From Moniliella sp. 'wahieum' (lineage: Eukaryota): 64,000 bases of DNA. The stretch spans positions 434,001 to 498,000 of the forward strand of contig RSEE01000035.1 in assembly GCA_003971905.1 (NCBI GenBank), in the 5' to 3' direction. Below are positions 55,464-64,000 of this stretch, one piece after another (position 1 is the first letter of the stretch; each line of letters starts with the position of its first letter). Both the position numbers and the translations under genes were made by a program. The notes below the pieces were generated by a model that saw nothing but the letters and a program-made list of their open reading frames with translations, was not told the DNA's origin and did no database searches.

Positions 55464-57491
55464 ATGGCCTCGCCCCCCACCTCCCAGTTCGCCAACCTCT
55501 CTTTCGGCCCGGGCGCGCCCTCGACACCGCCTGTGCCCAGCACCGCCTACTTTTCCGGCCCGCCTCCCCCGCCTGTGCCCGGCGGCTCGCCCTCGCTTTC
55601 TTTGTCGTCCCCCCCCCGGCTTCCCTGGGGTCTGCCTTCGCCCCCGCCCCCGCTGTCGCACCCCCGACCAACGAGATGCTGGCCAACCCATTTCCCGAGG
55701 AGGAAGATCAAGAGGCCATGGCGCCAGTGCCCACGGTTGAAAAAGAAGCAACTCACAACCAACTGACCGCGCCCCTCCCTGATCTTCCCGCGCTAGACCA
55801 AGAGCGCGAGAAGGCGCTAGCACTGGGCGAGCCAGCTCGGATTCTTAACTGGATCCGCGATGTGATTCGTTACCTCGAGCGCGACCCGGATGGCAGCCGT
55901 CGCGCAAATCCGCAGATGGATGTGCTGATTCAGGAGGCTGCTCAATGGGTACGTGATACCTTGTCTTTTCTGATTTTACATGCCCTTCTGAGATGAAAGG
56001 TAGGAAAGTGCTACGAGTACTAATCATTTTTGCTTGCTGTCGACAGGTAACTCGCCTGGCAGAGAACCAAAACATTCCGCCTACCGTGCAAGCAGAGGCC
56101 CTGCTGGTGCGGGGCGACCTGCGTGGCTCGGGAAGCATGTTCCCCCGCCAGTTCCGCAAGAGTCTGCGGGGGGCATTTGCGGACTATGACCGTGCCCGGC
56201 GCGGATGCCCAATGGCCTGGATGCGGATCGGGAGGGAGTACGAGTCGATTAAGGATATTGCTCAGGCGCGCAAGGCGTACCAACATGGCGTGGCCTTAGG
56301 CGATTTAGGGTGCCAGTATCGCATTGCCATGGCCTATCTAATGGGCCAGCTGGAGTTGGCTCCGAATCACGCTGAGGCACTCTCCCTCCTCCGTCAGGCG
56401 GCCGACCAGGTAACCCTGGATACCCCCCAACCGGCTTTCATCTACGGCATGGTCCTGATGCAAGAGTTTGAGGCATTGACCATCGATCCTCAGCTGCTTC
56501 ACGCTTCGGTATCTCGAGGTGGGAGCGGTCGGTCGATCGAGGCGGAGGCTGAATATTACATTGCAAAGGCAGCCTATTTGCACTTCTATCAAGCTCAACT
56601 CAAAATGGGCTGGGCGTACGAGAATGCTCAACTCGACCTTCCGTTTGACCCACTTTTGTCGGTGCAGTGGTACAGCCTGGCATCCCAAGGTGGGCAGGTG
56701 GAGGCGGACATGGCATTGAGCAAGTGGTTCCTCTGTGGCGCAGAAAATTGTTTCGAGGTGAACGAATCGTTGGCCTTCCAGTTTGCCGAAAGGGCGGCCA
56801 GCAGCAACCTGCCCACTGCGCTCTTTGCCATGGGGTACTACCGCGAGACAGGTGTCGGGTGCGACAAAGACCTCGAAGCAGCCAAGGTGTGGTACAACAA
56901 AGCGGCGCAGGCGGGGAACCAAGATGCCAAGGACCGCCTCACCGCCCTAGTGGGGACCCAAGCTACTGCTGATGGCTTCTCGAGGCAGCAGCACCAGCAG
57001 AACCTAAACAAGACCATCCAGCGCTCCCGTACGCTCGCTGCCCAGCGAACCATTGCCCGGCGGCAAAAGCAAAACTCGGGTGCGGTCCCCACCGCCCAGC
57101 AAGCCAACACCCATGTTCCAGCGACACCGGCACTGCCTCACTCGCCCCCTACAGTTCAGGGAAGGAACGAGGCGAACGTCCCCCGATGCCTTCTGCTGCC
57201 CCGCGGAAAAGCTCGCAGGGTCGCATCGCGTCTAACCCGGGAAGCCAGATGCAGCAGGAACCGTTGCGGCGGAAACAGACGTTGTCGATGGCACAAGCTG
57301 CAGCCGGAGGTGGGCGCTACGGTCGCGGTGGTCGAACTGGAAGGGGGGCCGACCGTGCTTCTCCGGCAGCTTATGGGTCGGTGCAGAACGATCCGCCACG
57401 TCAAGCTGCGACGGGGCCCAAGTACAGCACATTTTCTGACATGGGCTTCCACCCCAAGAAGAACGATGACCGTGACTGTATTGTGATGTGA
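55464..57491 (+). CDS. SEL1-repeat chitin synthase III activator (Chs4/Skt5-like)
   Basis: Pro-rich N-terminus; SEL1-like repeats (YRIAMAYLMGQL, AQLKMGWAYE, FDPLLSVQWYSLASQGGQVEADMALSKWFLCG, ALFAMGYYRETGVG, WYNKAAQAGNQDA); C-terminal GPKYSTFSDMGF...DCIVM-stop CAAX box; intron 55949-56046. Confidence 0.9.
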
Positions 57492-58453
57492 GGACAGTCA
57501 CTCCTTTTCCCCTACAGCCTACCACCCTGCGCCGCAATCGCCCAATCTTTTTTTCCAATGGACAGTCACCCCCTTCCTTCTCCTTTCCCTTGGAGAGATT
57601 GGTTCCGACAGCATACCCCGCACTGTTATCACTCTATGATACTCTTCCCTTGACGGTGACTGATTTACCCCTTTTTTCCGCGCTGAGCGCTCAGGCTGAG
57701 CGCTGTGACCGATGCAAAAGCCTCGGGATATAGTGCTGATACACCTCCTATAGCGTTGGCCGGCTTTCCCCTTTATAGAATCTCTCTCTCTCGCTGTCTC
57801 AGGCCTCGTCGGCCTCCTCCGACGGTGAACTTGATACCCTTCTGTCCGAGTTAAACGTTAAAGGGGCTTACCACAGTGCTGAGTCGGTCGGCAGTTACGC
57901 GTTACGATAGCACCTCCGGAAAAGGATAGACGGCGGGTGATATATTGATGTGACGTGTGACGTGTGGAGGAGACGATCGCATATACCACCTAGCCGACGC
58001 CGTAAAGCCGCAACAGTATGGAGGGGCCACTCAGCGCCCAGTTCTGTCTGGCGGGTGCAGCCCCCCCTTTCCTTCTCCCTTTCTCCCTGTGAACGAGTGG
58101 CTTGTGTCTCATGGATATCACCACGCTCTTCGCTCAACTCTTCGTAACCTCGTTCCCGCTCCTCTTGCGACCATCCGATTACCTCGACTAGCCCTCTATA
58201 GCTTGAGAACTGAGCGTCGAATACAGTCATTAGCACCCGCGACGCACCAATACTGTGGTGGCTGTGGGTTGGGGCGGAGACATTATGATGCAGGAGCTCT
58301 GATAGCGTTCCTGCAGCTCGCTCTGTCCTTCTCCTTCTCTCCTACCTCGGTCCGTTAAGACATACTTGAACGGCATGTCCTGCGTTCTTTTTGCCCGTGG
58401 GAACGTCGATCGGTGTGCTGTTATACGTCCATCGGCGACTTTGTCGGACGTGC

Positions 58454-58460
58454 TCTCTCT

Positions 58461-58500
<40 letters not shown>

Positions 58501-58503
58501 CTC
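58454..58503. repeat. (CT)n microsatellite
   Basis: Interrupted CT dinucleotide run of about 50 bp. Confidence 0.95.
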
Positions 58504-60123
58504 GCTGCCACAATGCCACTCACCGAAATGTCTTGCGTAACCTGCGACAAGGCTACGCTGAGCCTTCAAGCTTTAAGTTTCACTAGCTTCGGAGCTGATC
58601 ATCAGCTCCAACCGTACCTGTGGATCGCGCCGTCTCTCAGCTCTCCCGTGTCTATGAGGATACGATATCTGTACCTAGTATTTATATAGTACCCACCCCA
58701 TTAATTCCACCAGGGGCTTGTGACCTTTGCATCTGTTTTCCTTCTCCCTCCCATATTCCTCAGTTTGTGGGTGCACGAGACCTGCAAAAGAAAGACCAGG
58801 AAGCCCCATGATTGATAAGATGCGATGACAGTACATCCCCCGTTTGCAAGAAAAATATATATAGGGGAAATGGAGCGTGCCAGGCATTTATACATTACCA
58901 CACCGCAGTAATGTTTCCTTAGCCTAATGATAACAGACACGTCATATGTGTTGCTCGTACTTCTAGTAGAATGACTTTGTTGATGGGAAGGTAGGATCAT
59001 TGTAAGGGTCTGGGGAGGGGGGGCGATGGAGCCGCCAACAGAGCCGGCAGGCGTGGATGTCTGGGTGCCACTAGAGCCGGCACGCGCGGTGTGGACGCGC
59101 GCTCCACACTTCATCCCCGGGCGCAAGAGAGCGCATCGGGTATTGCAACCCGCGCCGCCCGGGCCGGCTGCGATCGCAGGGGCGGAAATTTTGACGGCCG
59201 GGATTACGACGGTGGTACGGCAAGCCACTACCGCCGGCTTGCTCGTTCGCACCCATCAACGTGTGCGGGGAAGCGCAGACGGGTCTGAGTCGGTGCCGGG
59301 ATTGCTGGGTGTGTTCGGAGGCAGTGTTACGCCTGCAGTACGTTTGCCGTAAGCGCAGCACAGCAGCCGTGCGGACCCCTGCGAACCCTTCGCTTCGCAT
59401 CCGCACTCGGCCGCCCTGACCCCAGGTAGGGTCCAGCCAAGCCACAGTATTCGAGAGCATTGGCAATTGATTTGACGCGGCCTGCCGCAGTCTTGCCGCA
59501 CCACAGTGTTATGTAGATGTGCCCCCAGGCACCGTCCCTGTCCCGTGGAGCAACGCGCAAGTAACGCGAGTGCCATCCTGTAGCGTGCGTGCAACGCCCC
59601 CCTTTCGGTATCTCCACGGTCCCTGCAGACGTCCTTTTCCAGGCCAGCAACCGTATGGACAAACCCGGAAGAGGGATCATCCGTGCGTAAGCAGTGCCGG
59701 TGGGCTTTGGTGCCTGTCCTCCTACTTTCCCGCAATAAACACTCCATCTCATCATGCATTATATTACGCATTAGATCGGGTATACCCTTGGCGCGACTGA
59801 GATGCCCTGGCCGTGTGGTGCATCGCTGACGATGCCGGAGCGTAGTATGTGGCAATGCTACTTCCAGGTGGGATGGATGAGATCGATGAGATATACCTAT
59901 ACGGTGCGGCTCTGTAACGAGCCTTCCGCTCATCAGGCGGTGAGTAATGAAAAGGTAAGGTGAGATCACTAGTCACTCCGGACGGTGGGGCGGTTCCATG
60001 AGCCGCCCTCTGCGGGATACACGCGTATATATATATATTTCTGCCCGATAAAGGCCCTCGTCCACCCTTCCAATTTTGCTCTCTTCGCCTCTTCCACCAT
60101 CCAACACTCTCACTGCTTTGTCC

Positions 60124-61430
60124 ATGACCTCCGCACACACAGTAGCGGATCCGAATTCCCTGGACGGAAAGTCTTCCGTTTTGCATCCCGCCTGGCCAAC
60201 AACTGCAGTAAGTGGGCATTGTCTCCAGATTGGAGTAGTGTGCGAGAACCTGACACTCCATGTCCAGCAGTACGATGGTGGAGGAGATCTTAATGTCGGG
60301 GTTGGGCGCGGGTCAGTGAGCAGCGCTAGTTCTGACAAGACATTGGTCTCCCATGCATCGTCCAGCAAACAATTGGACAATGGCAACAAGACAGGGCCTA
60401 CGCTCACCAAAAAGTCCCATGCTAAGAAACGAGAGCCAGGGCACATCAAGCGGCCTCCCAACGCATTTATGCTTTTCCGTTCCTGGTTCCTTAAGTCAGA
60501 TGAGCTGCCCAAGGTCACCCAAATGAGCGAAGCATCGCAGATCCTCGGTGCGGTTTGGCACAATCTACCAGCCCCCGAGCGACGCGAGTGGCATGCTCGG
60601 TCGGACGAAAAGACGAGGGAACACGCGCGCATGTACCCAAATCGACGGAAGTCTAAGCTGCCCCAAACCTCGTGCGCTTCGGGCAGCATGTCATCACCAA
60701 GGAAGCCGGATGGGGCGGAGAACGGCCCACCAGGTGTTCCCCCAACGCATCGCTAGAGACGCGAACTCTGGCTTACGTCATCTTGGTTCTTCGCGAACTA
60801 GAGCACGATGGGGCCGCCTTGGAGAAGGTCAGGCAAGCACGGGGAGAAACTCGACGAATGCGCCGTGCACGTTTGGAAGGGTCAGTCGAGGACATCGCCC
60901 GGCTCGAGGCGCGGCAGCGCAACCGTATTGCTCGACGCCAAAAGAAGCAACTGGAGAATGAAAAGGAGAAGGCTACGCCTTCATCCCTGCCTCTGGCGCA
61001 ACCCATTGCGGCCTCTGTCGATCCACATCTAACCCCCCAGGGTCATCATGGGCAGATTCCCCCGCCTTGCATTTACCCATTGTCACTTCCATTCTCTTCG
61101 GAGCTCACTCCTATTACGGGAAATTCCCCTATACCTTCCTTGCCACCGCCAATGGTCTTTCCCAACACTCTGCCGCCCATCCCAGAGCCCGCGCCCACTT
61201 CCATCATGGATCCTTTTTACCCTCTCCTTCCGTCGGATCTCACTGCACTGGCTCCGAACTCCATGCCGTCCCTGTCATCCACGCAGGTGATAGGCAACGA
61301 AACAGGACCTGGATTCAGCCCAGGCCACCCCATACCCATCACCCCATCATTCCCTCCCGATCTCACTTGTCACGGGCCAAGGCGGGATGGCAAGCCCGGC
61401 GGCGCCGGTGTGCGCCCTTCGCCATCCTAA
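60124..61430 (+). CDS. HMG-box (SOX/MATA-type) transcription factor
   Basis: HIKRPPNAFMLFRS...SQILGAVWHNLPAPERREWHARS...EHARMYP; (TA)n TATA-like tract at about 60026-60038; frameshift near 60740; Pro-rich C-terminus. Confidence 0.88.
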
Positions 61431-62029
61431 CCCGTCCCAGTTGGTCAATGGTTCGGATCCGACCTGATCCGATCTGCAAGCTGAGGCCTGTCTGCTCGAT
61501 CTGATCAAAGTGCCCGCTCCCAAGTCTTATTCCAAGTCCACCTCGTGGTTGGCGCAAACGCCAGCGCGATTATCAAGTCTACGTACTCAGCGACAATAGT
61601 CGCCTTCCGCCTCAGTGAATTGGGAACCTCTCAGTTTCGTCGCTCCCCGCTCCCCCGTTGTGTTTCTTGCGACGCTAGTCGCCCCGTGCTTGTTGATCTT
61701 ACTCTCTGTGTCTGATAGCGACGCTAGTCGCCCCATGTTTCTCTTACCTTTCTAGGCTGTCCGTGCGGCAGCCGTCTCCCTTGTTCTCCCCTGTTCCCCG
61801 TTCCCCCTCTGTTGCTTTGTTTCCCTTTTAGTTCCCCTGCCTGTTAGCAATGGTTCGTGGCTTTCCCCCACGGTCCATCTTCGTCAACCTTCGTCCCCTT
61901 GCCTTCTCGCCTGTTCACCCCTTCACCCCCTGCCCGCTCCTCGTCAATTGATTCAGTACAGGCACAACCCCTCCCGCTCTTAGTCGCCTCTCGACTCGCG
62001 GCGTAGATCGCCAGCCCTCGTCCTCGTCC

Positions 62030-62057
62030 TCAGCACTCAGTACTCAGTACTCAGTTC
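62030..62057. repeat. Heptamer array TCAGCAC (TCAGTAC)x2 TCAGTTC
   Basis: Four in-phase units seen directly. Confidence 0.8.
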
Positions 62058-62300
62058 CCCTAGTCCGCGTGAGCCCTCCTTGTGCCGCGCCTCGGTCCCG
62101 CCCAGTTTAGCCGCGTGTGATACTGTCCTTCGCCACGCCGCTCCCGTCTCAGCCCAGCCTCAGTTCAGCAGCGTGGGTCCTCCGCTGCCTTCCCCTTCCC
62201 CGAGCCCGAAGGCTTCAGACACGCTACTGCCGCCCAAGCCGGTGCTACGCAGCCTTGCCACACTTGCAGCCGCCTCTGCTATACGCCGAGAGGCCTCTCC

Positions 62301-62720
62301 TTGTCCCTAGCTCCGCAGCGGACCCACCAACCAGCCCAAGCGCGTAACTACCGTGAGTCGTCCTTAGGACCCCAAGGGATTGTACCCCTTAAACCCCCGG
62401 GGCGGGCCCCCAGGTGGCGCCCGCCCCATGACATCACTGTCGGAGATACTGCATTTGCAGATATGCTACGTGACTGTGGGGCGAATCTTGTCTTTACGCC
62501 GGATTTGCAGACCGTGCAGAACCCCAACCCACTCCCCGGCTTCACGTCTTCAACCGTGTTGAATACCAACACCCTTGACCCACCGACACAGGAGGTCAAT
62601 GTCATCAACAACCCCCTCTTCTCGTTTGACTGGTCCTTTTATGGTGACAATCCCACCGTCGCGCCGGAGCTGGAAGACAATGACCCGCTCCGAGAAATCA
62701 TGTCTCTGACACCGTATTAG
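62301..62720 (+). CDS. Hypothetical protein fragment
   Basis: 139-codon open frame with protein-like composition; no ATG start or recognised domain. Confidence 0.25.
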   Translation: MSLAPQRTHQPAQARNYRESSLGPQGIVPLKPPGRAPRWRPPHDITVGDTAFADMLRDCGANLVFTPDLQTVQNPNPLPGFTSSTVLNTNTLDPPTQEVNVINNPLFSFDWSFYGDNPTVAPELEDNDPLREIMSLTPY

Positions 62721-64000
62721 GTTCCTGTCCCTCTTTCGTCCTGCTCCCTCCCCCTTTTATCATCCGAGAGAAGGGGGTTGGGCTTAAAGCCTAGGCGGAC
62801 TCATCCTATTCTTCCTTGGCCAATTCTCCATCATATCGCCTAGTCATCCCTGGCAGCGTATCTACCGTTCTTTCCTCTAACTTCCTGCGTGGTTTATATG
62901 CTTGCCTGTGTGGTGCTTTTTGCATTGATTCTTGTTTGAAGATAAGTTTCCTCTTTTCTTACGCGCTTCCTTTATGCTCTCTGCATCTTCAACGATTGTA
63001 CGAGCTCCAATTCTCACTCCTTGAAGCTCGTCATAATACCAACGCTCACCATCTATACGATGAATTCAACGTCCCCCTCCCCCATATGGCCACGCATTCT
63101 CTTTCCCAACAGAAGCCTTTGTTGATACTGATATCTCACTCATATTGTTGCTTTTTTCATATAAAAGCAGAAGGGACGGTTCTTGCTGTATGGTAGAGCA
63201 ACAGAGATCCCTATACTGTGAGCGTTCCAAACGAAACGAAGGACAAGGCGGCGGCGGGGGATGTGTAGAATGTCAGGCCTGTCAGGCTTGAATTGTGAGA
63301 AACTTCGAGCTCTCGCAACGTGCTGAACGCGTTCAGATCTACATATGTATCCGTGCGGGGCCTGTGGCGCCCTTCCTCGACGGCGTAACAACCGCCTCTT
63401 AGCTGTTCCCAAGACCGGTTGGTGAGAACCGCGCACAGAAAAAGCGCCATCCTCAAATCGTCTCTGATGCTCTCTTCGGTGTGGGCGGCACAGGGCGGTA
63501 CCTGCGGCACCCGTCGCCTCTCCAAAACCACTTGTCCCCATGGTCATCGGTCACATGGCACCTGTAAGATCTAGGACCGACGTTGGCCCGAGCGCCCAAC
63601 GCACTCAGCCACATGTCATAAATGTCACATGTCACAGATCTTAATGAGAGCTTACGCGCTTACATGCTTAATGCTTGCGTGTGTTGGTACCATACACTAA
63701 CATAAATCATTTCTTCGTTTGATCTCGATTCACGTTTCGATTACCACGGCTCTTACAGATCCCGGCGTTGCGTGCCTCTCTGACCAGATAACACAATCCA
63801 CTGCCAGCCCTGTTAAGCGCTGGTGCCCGCGGCGTGGGTCCTAGCGATCTGGATTAGAGTTCCTACTTCGGATTTTTCGGCACAGCTATAATATAAGGAT
63901 CACTCATCGACATCAGTCTCTCTCTCGATATTCAGTTCCTAAGTTAAAGTACTTGCACTGCATATCCATACAGGGACGGACCGGAAACGGTTCGCCCACA

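Noticed and set aside
58990..59970. Minus-strand 237-aa ORF and neighbours
   Set aside because: Composition unlike the real genes here and no motif recognised.
55464..61430. Mating-type locus
   Set aside because: No homeodomain pair, pheromone receptor or pheromone gene seen; the CAAX at 57477-57488 belongs to the Chs4-like protein.

Overview
GC-rich eukaryotic (fungal) genomic DNA with short GT-AG introns; the protein sequences look basidiomycete, most likely a smut relative (Ustilaginomycotina; inference). Recognisable genes: a kinesin motor (runs off the left edge), CDC7 kinase, a secreted protein, a large uncharacterised protein, YRB1, GFA1, ILV2, GCN1, a Bax-inhibitor-1 family gene, tRNA-Ala(AGC), EGD2 (NAC alpha), RPN8, an atypical transketolase-like ThDP enzyme, a SEL1-repeat chitin synthase activator (Chs4/Skt5-like, C-terminal CAAX) and an HMG-box transcription factor. 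Nearly every gene is broken by single-base frameshifts, probably an unpolished long-read consensus, so boundaries are approximate. Most interesting: (1) a roughly 300 bp relic of the normally about 7 kb, essential PRP8 gene, with an N-terminal-domain fragment fused to the extreme C-terminus through a templated filler; (2) a window-wide intergenic family of phased 7-bp units built as TCA/TGA plus a variable 4-bp palindrome; (3) an inverted, diverged, internally deleted duplicate of an orphan gene flanking CDC7.
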